DNA of 60,771 bases from Patescibacteria group bacterium UBA3531 (GTDB taxonomy: Bacteria; Patescibacteriota; Minisyncoccia; Phycocordibacterales; UBA3531): assembly GCA_002376885.1 (NCBI GenBank), contig DFOW01000005.1, positions 1-60,771 of the forward strand. Reading direction: 5' to 3'. Position numbers and translations under genes: made by a program. A model generated the notes under the pieces. That model was not told the origin of the DNA and searched no databases. It worked only from the letters and a program-made list of their open reading frames with translations. Shown in pieces: positions 25,993 through 33,176 of the stretch; position 1 is the first letter of the stretch; every line of letters begins with the position of its first letter.

Positions 25993-26346
25993 ATGGCGCT
26001 TACGGTAGCATCGCCCAAGCTGAGTCTGGCAGAGGCCACCCTCGGAAGGTGGGTGGGCTTGCCCATCAACATGGGTGGAGAGCTCGGATACGTCGCATGC
26101 GCAGGTCGCGTGACGGCAGTCAACGACGACAAGAGCATCGTCGTGACGCTTCTCGGTTCGACCTGGCCCCGAACGGAACTCCGTGGGACGATCATCTCGA
26201 TCACCCAGGAGCGCTTCGGCAGGGGTGAGGCCACGATCTACGCGATGACCAACGACGAAGAAGCGGAGCACACGGAAGAAGCCCAGAAGTGGATCGAAGA
26301 ACAGCGTGGCTTCCTCGAGCGCCTCATGGAGGCGCTCGAGAGCTAG
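25993..26346 (+). CDS. hypothetical 117-aa protein, GC-rich (cassette C)
   Basis: ATG preceded by AAGAGGAG; the composition switches abruptly at the start codon. Confidence 0.65.
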   Translation: MALTVASPKLSLAEATLGRWVGLPINMGGELGYVACAGRVTAVNDDKSIVVTLLGSTWPRTELRGTIISITQERFGRGEATIYAMTNDEEAEHTEEAQKWIEEQRGFLERLMEALES

Positions 26347-26371
26347 CTGGTTCCGAGAAGGAGTCACGTCC

Positions 26372-26560
26372 ATGAATCAAGACCAGTTCGGAAAGATGAT
26401 CGTCTGCTGGCTCGGTCCAGCGTTCGTGATTCTCGCGTCCCCGTTCATCCTCGCTGGCCTCATCCTCGCCGTGCAGAACCTTCCCCTGGGTGGGTTCACG
26501 ACCGACGAGACGAAGCACGAGATCACGGTCACGGGAGAGTTCACCTTCCCTCCGTACTAG
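26372..26560 (+). CDS. hypothetical 62-aa membrane protein, GC-rich (cassette C)
   Basis: ATG at 26372 with AAGGAG about 10 nt upstream; TM WLGPAFVILASPFILAGLILAV. Confidence 0.55.
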   Translation: MNQDQFGKMIVCWLGPAFVILASPFILAGLILAVQNLPLGGFTTDETKHEITVTGEFTFPPY

Positions 26561-26582
26561 AGCGTCGGAGGAGATGACACAG

Positions 26583-26622
26583 AAGCCCCTTAGTAGGAAA
26601 CGAACAGGGGCTTTGTCTTTTT
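26583..26622 (+). terminator. terminator of cassette C
   Basis: AAGCCCCT-N15-AGGGGCTT then TGTCTTTTT. Confidence 0.65.
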
Positions 26623-26670
26623 AAATCTCTCAAGAAACCACATTTGGGAGCATCTACTTATAAATCTCTC

Positions 26671-26796
26671 TTGGAGCAGGGTTTGAGAACCTGCCGGAGA
26701 AAATTTTGCTTGGCTCAGCCGTAGGCTGAAAAATTTTCGAGGATAAGCGAGCGCTCCGCAGGAGAGCGCGAAGCGGGTTCTCAAACCCTGCTCCAA
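26671..26796 (+). ncRNA. structured RNA motif, copy 1 (P1 plus three-way junction with conserved CTGCCGNAG / TGCTTGG / YCGAGGATAAG)
   Basis: P1 is 26671-26691 with 26776-26796 (21 bp). CTGCCGGAG 26691-26699; TGCTTGG 26707-26713. Hairpin TCAGCC-GTA-GGCTGA 26715-26729. TCGAGGATAAG 26737-26747. Hairpin GCGCTC-N7-GAGCGC 26751-26769. CTTGG pairs with TCGAG through G-U pairs only on the plus strand. Confidence 0.55.
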
Positions 26797-26848
26797 AAAA
26801 AATAAACCCTATTGAATTTCGCAAGCCACCACGATACACTAAAGGCAT

Positions 26849-27211
26849 ATGTCATTAGATTTAGAATTTTTTAAGGGGGAATTAGAAAAAGAACAAGCAA
26901 AGCTCGAGGAAGAGCTTAGAGCTATGGGTGCCAAACAAAATCCCAACAACCCCGATGATTGGGAAGCAGTACCTGATGACGTCTCTCAACAGACTGCCGA
27001 CAAAAACGAAATGGCAGATAGGCTCGAAGACTTTGAACAAGCACGCTCAACAGAAGTATCGCTTGAACTTCGACTCAACCAAGTTAAAAGTGCCCTCAAA
27101 AAAATAGACGATGGTACGTATGGCAAGTGCGAGGAAGGGGGCGAAGATATCCCAGAAGAACGCCTAAGAGCAAACCCTGCCGCAACCACCTGCATCGACC
27201 ACGCAAAGTAA
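26849..27211 (+). CDS. DksA/TraR-family-like protein with degenerate zinc finger
   Basis: 120 aa. Coiled-coil N-terminal part. The C-terminal YGKCEEGGEDIPEERLRANPAATTCIDH retains two of the four usual Cys. Confidence 0.65.
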   Translation: MSLDLEFFKGELEKEQAKLEEELRAMGAKQNPNNPDDWEAVPDDVSQQTADKNEMADRLEDFEQARSTEVSLELRLNQVKSALKKIDDGTYGKCEEGGEDIPEERLRANPAATTCIDHAK

Positions 27212-27217
27212 TCACAT

Positions 27218-27247
27218 AAAACCCCGCCTGGGGTTTTATTGTTTTTT
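27218..27247 (+). terminator. intrinsic terminator
   Basis: AAAACCCC-GCCT-GGGGTTTT then ATTGTTTTTT. Confidence 0.75.
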
Positions 27248-27265
27248 GGAATATAAAAGGGTAGG

Positions 27266-27826
27266 GTGGTAGCCAGACTGGCATGGCGCCAGAGGAGACA
27301 GGAATTGGAAACTCATTACCATTTGAGAAGCGGGAGTCCCCAGGATGGAATCCTCCTTGGTCCGGGCGCGATTCTTCAGGCGGGCGACAAGCTGGCGCAT
27401 CCCGACGGGTTCTGGGAACCGTGCATGACCCCAGGAGCTCTTCTTTGGGATAGGCCGAAAGAGGTTTGCTGGGTTCGCCCCGTCGACCTCCCTCGGCACC
27501 TGAAGGACCTCTTGGTCTTCATTGCCGAGCGGGGGCGCCTCCTGTACCGACGAGACGAGACGCTCTTCGAAGAAGGAACGCAAGGGAAGATCGACACACG
27601 CCCGTGCTGGAAGATGCTCCGCGGAGCACACGAGGTAGACCGAGCCGATGCAACGAGTGGTGGCATTCCCGGTATCGGGGCACTTGCCTTCGTCGATCCG
27701 CTCCTTGCCTACGGACTTCTCACTCCCGCAAGCGGGAGTGAAGTGCTCTTCTCTCCCAACGAGTACGGGACACGTGTTGCCATCAACCATCTCGCCGAAA
27801 GGTGGGCAGATGAGGTTGCGACATAG
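27266..27826 (+). CDS. hypothetical protein, GC-rich (cassette D); start codon uncertain
   Basis: The plus frame ends at TAG 27824-27826, followed by a plus-oriented terminator. A TTG near 27305 with GGAG upstream is an alternative start. The 233-aa minus-strand ORF is judged a shadow. Confidence 0.5.
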   Translation: MVARLAWRQRRQELETHYHLRSGSPQDGILLGPGAILQAGDKLAHPDGFWEPCMTPGALLWDRPKEVCWVRPVDLPRHLKDLLVFIAERGRLLYRRDETLFEEGTQGKIDTRPCWKMLRGAHEVDRADATSGGIPGIGALAFVDPLLAYGLLTPASGSEVLFSPNEYGTRVAINHLAERWADEVAT

Positions 27827-27837
27827 TCGCAAGACCA

Positions 27838-27876
27838 GGGGCCGTCCACAGCTGTGGACGGCCCCTTCTTCTTTTG
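27838..27876 (+). terminator. GC-rich terminator of cassette D
   Basis: GGGGCCGTCCAC-AGCT-GTGGACGGCCCC then TTCTTCTTTTG; a T-run follows only on the plus strand. Confidence 0.75.
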
Positions 27877-27891
27877 TGATACACTCTCCCC

Positions 27892-29439
27892 ATGGTTTCG
27901 CGCGTGTATTCTGCACAAACTGTTGGGATAGAACCACAACTCGTCACCGTCGAAGTCGACATGGGACGAGGCCTTCACTCCTTCTCTATTATTGGTCTTC
28001 CCGACCGCGCCATCGAAGAAGCAAAAGACAGAATTAATGCAGCTATAAAAAATTCTGGGTACAAACCTCCACAAAAAGGAAACAAACGAGTCGTTATTGC
28101 ACTCGCACCAGCGGACCTTAAAAAAGAGGGTCCGATTTTTGATTGTGCTATGGCGCTTGGCGCACTCAAAGCAGCAGGCGACATCCAGTTTAATGAAGAA
28201 GGAAAACTATTTTTGGGAGAACTCGCCTTAAATGGAGACCTTCGACCCATAAAGGGGGCGCTCCCCATTGCACGGTACGCAAAACTCCTTGGGTTTAAAG
28301 AACTCTATCTCCCAAAACAAAATGCACAGGAGGCAGCACTCATTGGCGGCATCACTATTTATGGGGTGAGTACCTTAAAAGAATTAATTGAGCACATTAA
28401 CACCGACAAAGACGCTGAACAAATAACACTTACCAAACAATCCCAAACAAAAATCAAAATTGGCGAGCCCACGCAAAGCTTTATCGACTTCTCTGACGTT
28501 AAAGGGCAAGAGACAGCAAAGCGCGGGTTGGAAATTGCAGCAGCAGGCGGACACAATGTGGGAATGTATGGGCCACCAGGAACTGGTAAAACGCTTTTGG
28601 CAAAAGCATTCTCTGGTATCTTGCCCGCTCTTACTTTAGACGAAGTGATTGAAGTAACCGGAATTCATTCTGCGGCTGGCGCACTTAAAAAAGATGGAGC
28701 AATAACCGACCCACCATTTAAATCTCCTCATCACACTGCAAGTTATGTTTCGCTAGTTGGAGGAGGAACCTATCCAAGACCAGGAGAAATTACGCTCGCA
28801 CATCGTGGAGTTTTGTTTTTAGATGAATTTCCTGAATTTGAAAAACGAGTTATTGATTCTCTCCGCCAACCTCTTGAAGATAAGATCGTAAACATAAGTC
28901 GTGCAAAAGATTCTGTCAGGTTCCCAGCAGATTTTATTTTACTTGCTGCTATGAACTTGTGCCCGTGCGGAAACACCGGCCTTACTAAAAAAGAATGCGT
29001 CTGTAATCCAGCAGCGCTTTTGCGTTACAAGCGAAAAATATCAGGGCCCATTATCGATAGAATTGATTTATGGTTGTCGGTACCTGAAATAGATATAGAA
29101 AAACTTTCGGATGACACAAAGGGGGAGCCATCTCATGCTGTCCGTTCCCGAATAGAGAGCGCCCGATTGCTTCAAAAGTCCCTTTTTAAAAAACATAACC
29201 TTTCACTTTCTGCTAATAGCCAAATCGGACCAAAAGAAATTAAAAAGGTGGCACCGCTCAATACAAAAGAATTAGGTCTTTTAAATGAAAGCGCTAAAAA
29301 ATTAGGGCTCTCTGCCAGAAGCTATCATAAAGTTATTAAAGTTGCTCAAACCATTGCCGCCCTTGATGGGAAAGAAAGGATCGAGACTCCACACCTTCTT
29401 GAAGCACTCCAATACCGACCCAAAAACTTGAGTTTGTAA
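27892..29439 (+). CDS. comM: YifB/ComM family Mg-chelatase-like AAA+ ATPase
   Basis: 515 aa; N-terminal Lon-protease-like domain; Walker A GPPGTGKT; Walker B VLFLDEFPEF. Confidence 0.9.
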   Translation: MVSRVYSAQTVGIEPQLVTVEVDMGRGLHSFSIIGLPDRAIEEAKDRINAAIKNSGYKPPQKGNKRVVIALAPADLKKEGPIFDCAMALGALKAAGDIQFNEEGKLFLGELALNGDLRPIKGALPIARYAKLLGFKELYLPKQNAQEAALIGGITIYGVSTLKELIEHINTDKDAEQITLTKQSQTKIKIGEPTQSFIDFSDVKGQETAKRGLEIAAAGGHNVGMYGPPGTGKTLLAKAFSGILPALTLDEVIEVTGIHSAAGALKKDGAITDPPFKSPHHTASYVSLVGGGTYPRPGEITLAHRGVLFLDEFPEFEKRVIDSLRQPLEDKIVNISRAKDSVRFPADFILLAAMNLCPCGNTGLTKKECVCNPAALLRYKRKISGPIIDRIDLWLSVPEIDIEKLSDDTKGEPSHAVRSRIESARLLQKSLFKKHNLSLSANSQIGPKEIKKVAPLNTKELGLLNESAKKLGLSARSYHKVIKVAQTIAALDGKERIETPHLLEALQYRPKNLSL

Positions 29440-29442
29440 GCG

Positions 29443-29471
29443 TTGACAAAAATATAAAAATAGTGTATATT
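29443..29471 (+). promoter_or_regulatory. consensus promoter (TTGACA-N17-TATATT) of GC-rich cassette E
   Basis: TTGACA 29443-29448; TATATT 29466-29471; starts 4 nt after the comM stop. Confidence 0.55.
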
Positions 29472-29573
29472 TACGAATGGATAATCGGGTTGAGAATGTC
29501 TCTTCCTGGTTAATTAACCCCACGACTGCAAACAGGCTGTATGAGCCTAGACAGTCACTAGAAGGGTTGTTCC

Positions 29574-30866
29574 ATGACAAGCGAACTGACGACACTGAAT
29601 CTTCCTGCCAACCGACCGAGTCCCCAGGAGCTCTTCGACTACCCCCAGTACACGATCCCCGGGATCACCACTTGGGAGCAGGTCGTGCTCCTCGGGAGCA
29701 AGAACATCGGGGCGATGATCAGCCGGTGTCGCTCCCGCGAGAAGGAGCTCACCAGCAGGATCCAGCGGCTCGTCGAGAAGCAGAAGCTTCTCGAAGGCAA
29801 GTCCGGTGACGACATCAAGGAGATGGCCAAGGGTTTCGAGAATCCCACCATCACCGAGACGGGTGTCCCGGACGGTAGCTGGAACGACGACCTGGAGCCG
29901 ACCGACGGGGCGAGTAAGGCCCGCGAACGCGGGGCGACCACCTTCAACATCTGCGGGTGGTGCACGCACGCCGGTGGAGGCACCTGTCGCTACGGCTACT
30001 ACATCAAGACCAGCTGTGGCCTGATGCACGGCGACTCGCCCGAGACGGCCTTCAACACACCTTGTCTCCTCCAGGAGATGGGGAACGACCAGATCACGGC
30101 GATCGTCGAACGCACCAAGAACCTGATCATGGACACCAAGGAACTCCGCGAGAAGGTGCGGACCGGAATCCGGATCCTGCAGCAGCTCAAGGAGAACGAG
30201 GGGTCCACGGAGAAGCCCTACCTGATGTCCCTCCGTCCGCATGACCACTTCAACGTCGGCGACGACGTGATGGTGCGCATCGGCGGCCACGACAACGTGA
30301 TCGTGGAGGGCGAGTGGGCTCCGGCGATGGTGGTGTTCGGCTACCGTCATCACGATGGCTGCGTGAGCACCCAGACGCTGTTCCCGATCCACAACGGTGA
30401 AAATCTCGAGGGTCGGGGATGGGGCTTCGGGATGAGTCGTCCGGAATGCCTCCTCAGGAGCGAGTTCAGCTACCTGCGGGACGCCTTCGAGAACGACCTC
30501 TGGTTCCTGCGGCTTTGGCTGCAGGCGCTCGACGAGAAGCTGACGGGCTTCAACCCCGTAAGCTTCCGGAAGGCACTCCAGGACGGTGCGATCGCCGACC
30601 CGCCCGAGGACTGGGATCCCCCCGTCGACGAGATCGCTGTTCGAAGCGTCGAGGATGCGCAGTGCGTACTCCAGATGCTCAACGTCGACCTCTTCGACAC
30701 GGAGGAGAAGGTTCGTGGCTGGGTCAACATGCAGCTGCAGTTCGTTCACCCCGACAAGCACGCCAACGGCAACAAGGGCGCCCAGTCCTATGCCGAGCGT
30801 CAGACGAAGGCGGTGTATGCGGCGCGTGATCTCCTGATCCAGCGCCTGCGGGATCGTCAGAGCTAG
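29574..30866 (+). CDS. 430-aa protein with C-terminal J domain (HPD motif) and central Cys-rich region, GC-rich (cassette E)
   Basis: J-domain-like C-terminus: DAQCVLQMLNVDL..EEKVRGWVNMQLQFVHPDKH...AYAARDLL, with HPD at 30747-30755. Cys cluster CGWCTHAGGGTCRYGYYIKTSCG. The 442-aa antisense ORF is a shadow. Confidence 0.75.
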   Translation: MTSELTTLNLPANRPSPQELFDYPQYTIPGITTWEQVVLLGSKNIGAMISRCRSREKELTSRIQRLVEKQKLLEGKSGDDIKEMAKGFENPTITETGVPDGSWNDDLEPTDGASKARERGATTFNICGWCTHAGGGTCRYGYYIKTSCGLMHGDSPETAFNTPCLLQEMGNDQITAIVERTKNLIMDTKELREKVRTGIRILQQLKENEGSTEKPYLMSLRPHDHFNVGDDVMVRIGGHDNVIVEGEWAPAMVVFGYRHHDGCVSTQTLFPIHNGENLEGRGWGFGMSRPECLLRSEFSYLRDAFENDLWFLRLWLQALDEKLTGFNPVSFRKALQDGAIADPPEDWDPPVDEIAVRSVEDAQCVLQMLNVDLFDTEEKVRGWVNMQLQFVHPDKHANGNKGAQSYAERQTKAVYAARDLLIQRLRDRQS

Positions 30867-30884
30867 GAGGCGCAAGCCTCAATC

Positions 30885-30930
30885 GGCCCCGGCCACTAAC
30901 TTCGGTTAGTGCGTCCGGGGCCATTTTGTT
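30885..30930 (+). terminator. GC-rich terminator of cassette E
   Basis: GGCCCCGG...CCGGGGCC enclosing CACTAAC-TTCG-GTTAGTG, then ATTTTGTT. Confidence 0.7.
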
Positions 30931-30972
30931 CCTATTCTGTAACTTTTTTTAATTAATCTCGTTATATACAAC

Positions 30973-31039
30973 GAAGGGCAGATAGTCTCATAGACGAGAC
31001 CTGATGAGCTCACAAGAAAACGAGCGAAATCTGTTTTTC
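30973..31039 (+). ncRNA. type III hammerhead self-cleaving ribozyme (complete catalytic core)
   Basis: Stem III: 30973-30983 with 31029-39. Cleavage triplet AUA, with the cut predicted after 30984. Stem I: GTCTC-ATAGAC-GAGAC, 30985-31000. CTGATGA 31001-07. Stem II: GCTC-N10-GAGC, 31008-25. GAA plus A15.1, 31026-29. Confidence 0.8.
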
Positions 31040-31088
31040 AATGTAAGCCTCAACCCTAGTTAGTAGTTTGCCTTACTAAACAGGGTCA

Positions 31089-31119
31089 ACACAAAACCCC
31101 CATATGGGGGTTTTGTGTT
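31089..31119. terminator. bidirectional terminator (serves the M23 peptidase gene on the minus strand)
   Basis: ACACAAAACCCCC-ATA-GGGGGTTTTGTGT. Confidence 0.75.
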
Positions 31120-31181
31120 CGCCTGAGATGTCTCCTTACTTTTATTATGAAAAGTTAAAATGGGTTTACCCGTTCAGTATT

Positions 31182-32267
31182 TTAGAAAGGGTTTTTTGCT
31201 CCGCGCACTTCAAAGTGAACATGGGGCCCTGTTGAGCGTCCGGTGTTCCCAACGTATCCAATAACTTGTCCTTGAACCACGCTTTGCCCAGCATACACAA
31301 TGTTACTTGAGTTGTGCGAGTATACCGTCTGTGTTCCGTTAGGGTGTGCAATAACAATGTAATTTCCGTACCCTCCATTCCAGCCTGTTCGTGAAATAAT
31401 CACATCCCCACTTGCCGCCGCTAAGATAGGTGTTCCTGTTGGGGTAGCCAAGTCAACAGCATTGTATCCGTGAAGCCCTTGTGTTCGTTTGTATCCAGTA
31501 ACGGGAGCACTAAAGTATCCACTAATTGCTGGACCTCCTGCTCCTCTTACAATAGCGCCTGTTGCGGTAGAGGTATAACTACTTTGAATTTTTCCATCGG
31601 GAACAATAATACTGTCGCCAACAGCCAAAACATGACCGTCTTGTATTCCATTAAATGAAATAATTTCTTCTGTCTTTACGCCATATTTCTTAGCGATACT
31701 TGCGAGCGTGTCTCCACTTTTTACGGTGTGCTCAATTCCGCTTACTGGCAAAATTACAAGCGTTTGTCCTTCATGAATCACACCACCTCGTCCAATATCA
31801 TTTGCCCAAATAATAGTGTCGGTTGTTACTCCAAATAGTTTTGCAATTTGCGAAAGGGAGTCACCAGAACGAACCACATACACACTAATTTGTTCTGGCC
31901 GTGGGGCAATTTCGGTATTACCCCTGGAACCAAGTGGTCCATTGTCGGCCACAAGTGCTTGCCCGTCAGCAATCGTTACGTCCCCACCTCCTTTAGCTGG
32001 GTTGGGGTCTGGGTTAAGGGCCGCACGCAAAAGCGCTACGTTTTGAGAGTTGATATCGTAGGTAAGATCATTATCTACTCCAAATAAACTCCCCAAAAAA
32101 GAAACAATCCCGGCATGAGCAGGGAGAGCAAAGGATCCAAGGATAATAAGGGCAACCACAAGGGTAGTGGCCTTTTTAAATGAAAGGTTCTTTAAAGTTC
32201 GTATAATCGCCTGAAGCCATGTACCGGAAGGTTCAGGGTCTTGTAGATTCGATGTAATAAGCCTCAA
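31182..32267 (-). CDS. LysM-LysM-M23 family peptidoglycan endopeptidase
   Basis: 361 aa; TM anchor; two LysM repeats (YVVRSGDSLSQIAKLFGV, HTVKSGDTLASIAKKYGV); M23 motifs (GLHGYNAVD, GPHVHFEV). Confidence 0.88.
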   Translation of the reverse strand: MRLITSNLQDPEPSGTWLQAIIRTLKNLSFKKATTLVVALIILGSFALPAHAGIVSFLGSLFGVDNDLTYDINSQNVALLRAALNPDPNPAKGGGDVTIADGQALVADNGPLGSRGNTEIAPRPEQISVYVVRSGDSLSQIAKLFGVTTDTIIWANDIGRGGVIHEGQTLVILPVSGIEHTVKSGDTLASIAKKYGVKTEEIISFNGIQDGHVLAVGDSIIVPDGKIQSSYTSTATGAIVRGAGGPAISGYFSAPVTGYKRTQGLHGYNAVDLATPTGTPILAAASGDVIISRTGWNGGYGNYIVIAHPNGTQTVYSHNSSNIVYAGQSVVQGQVIGYVGNTGRSTGPHVHFEVRGAKNPF

Positions 32268-32406
32268 TATTATGTGAGCAATTGAGTATAAGTTGCAAAA
32301 AAAGCCTTATTTCAGGCCATATTTGCTGTGACCGTAGTAATTACTCACCCACCATTTTACCCCTAGGGAAGGAAAAAGCAATGATTTTGTGGATAAGAAA
32401 ATACTC

Positions 32407-32436
32407 TTGACAAAAGAGTGATTATTGTGCTATAGT
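32407..32436 (+). promoter_or_regulatory. promoter (TTGACA-N18-TATAGT) of the GC-rich pilin cassette
   Basis: TTGACA 32407-32412; TATAGT 32431-32436; a perfect DnaA-box 9-mer TGTGGATAA lies at 32388-32396 just upstream. Confidence 0.5.
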
Positions 32437-32495
32437 TCCTCCAGTTTCTGGGAGAAATCCCACCACAGAACCTTCACACCAAGGAGATCGATACC

Positions 32496-32897
32496 ATGCG
32501 GAACCACCGCAACGGCTTCACCCTGATCGAGCTCATGATCGTCGTCGCCATCATCGGCATCTTGGCGGCCATCGCCATCCCGAACTTCCTGCATTTCCAG
32601 ATCAAGCAGCAGATGAACGTGGAGTTCCAGGAGGTCGCCACGGCCCTCGAGCTGTCGGACGCCGGGGACCCCGTCCCCTCGCTGTGCACCGGCACCTGGC
32701 GCAACGAGAAGGGCAACCGCTTCGACTGCTACCTCAAGAGCTTCGAGGATGGCGGTCACGTGGTGACCATCCGCTTCTACTACCAGGACGACCCGGACCC
32801 CAGCCATGCGCTGACCTGGGCGATCAACGAAAACGGCGAGGTGGATCTCCCGACCTACGAGTCCCTGCGTCACCCACACAGGCAGACGAGCTCCTAG
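32496..32897 (+). CDS. type IV pilin / pseudopilin with canonical class III signal peptide, GC-rich (cassette F)
   Basis: 133 aa; MRNHRNG|FTLIELMIVVAIIGILAAIAIPNF (G-1, F+1, E+5); two Cys in the C-terminal half; AAGGAG RBS. Confidence 0.85.
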   Translation: MRNHRNGFTLIELMIVVAIIGILAAIAIPNFLHFQIKQQMNVEFQEVATALELSDAGDPVPSLCTGTWRNEKGNRFDCYLKSFEDGGHVVTIRFYYQDDPDPSHALTWAINENGEVDLPTYESLRHPHRQTSS

Positions 32898-32920
32898 GCA
32901 GCCGTCCTTCGGGACGTCGA

Positions 32921-32960
32921 GAGCCTTGACAGCACATCACTGTCGGGGCTCTTTCTTTTT
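32921..32960 (+). terminator. terminator of the pilin gene
   Basis: GAGCCTTGACAG-N7-CTGTCGGGGCTC (two G-U pairs) then TTTCTTTTT. Confidence 0.7.
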
Positions 32961-33004
32961 ATTTATTTTGAACGTAAAGTGATAGAAGAAACACGGAGGG
33001 TCTC

Positions 33005-33169
33005 ATGAAATTGTTACGCACACTAGGTGCTGTCGCAGCTCTCTTGTTCGTCGGGTTCCTCGCTTGGAGGGCATTCACCGGAGAAGGTGAGCCCGGATCG
33101 CTCCTTCTGATCGGAGCAGGAATCGCAGGGCTCTCGCTCTTGCGAACCAGGCACCCGGTGAGCTACTAG
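33005..33169 (+). CDS. 54-aa protein: signal/TM helix plus PEP-CTERM-like tail, GC-rich (cassette F)
   Basis: MKLLRTLGAVAALLFVGFLAWRAFTGEGEPGSLLLIGAGIAGLSLLRTRHPVSY; GGAGGG RBS. The tail (EP-GSLLLIGAGIAGLSLL-RTR) resembles a PEP-CTERM sorting signal. Not in the ORF track because it is under 60 aa. Confidence 0.45.
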   Translation: MKLLRTLGAVAALLFVGFLAWRAFTGEGEPGSLLLIGAGIAGLSLLRTRHPVSY

Positions 33170-33176
33170 GGACTCT

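Noticed and set aside
25897-26373. 158-aa minus-strand ORF across cassette C
   Set aside because: It is a shadow ORF. The plus-strand ORFs have AGGAG RBSs and a promoter and terminator in the matching orientation.
26671-26796. Calling the recurring motif a twister ribozyme
   Set aside because: It shares short strings (UGCC...UGC...GAUAAG) reminiscent of the twister core as I remember it. But P1 is an uninterrupted helix with no internal loop carrying a U-A cleavage site, and I cannot find the pseudoknot partners.
27236-27937. 233-aa minus-strand ORF in cassette D
   Set aside because: It would start inside comM and run antisense to a plus-oriented terminator. The plus frame ends neatly before that terminator. 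I kept this only as an uncertainty note.
29547-30875. 442-aa minus-strand ORF covering the J-domain gene
   Set aside because: It is a typical high-GC shadow ORF, rich in L/V/R/A/G/P/D/E/H. The promoter, the terminator orientation and the recognisable J domain all support the plus frame.
32430-32879. 149-aa minus-strand ORF antisense to the pilin gene
   Set aside because: It is a shadow of a GC-rich gene. The plus frame has an unmistakable prepilin signal.
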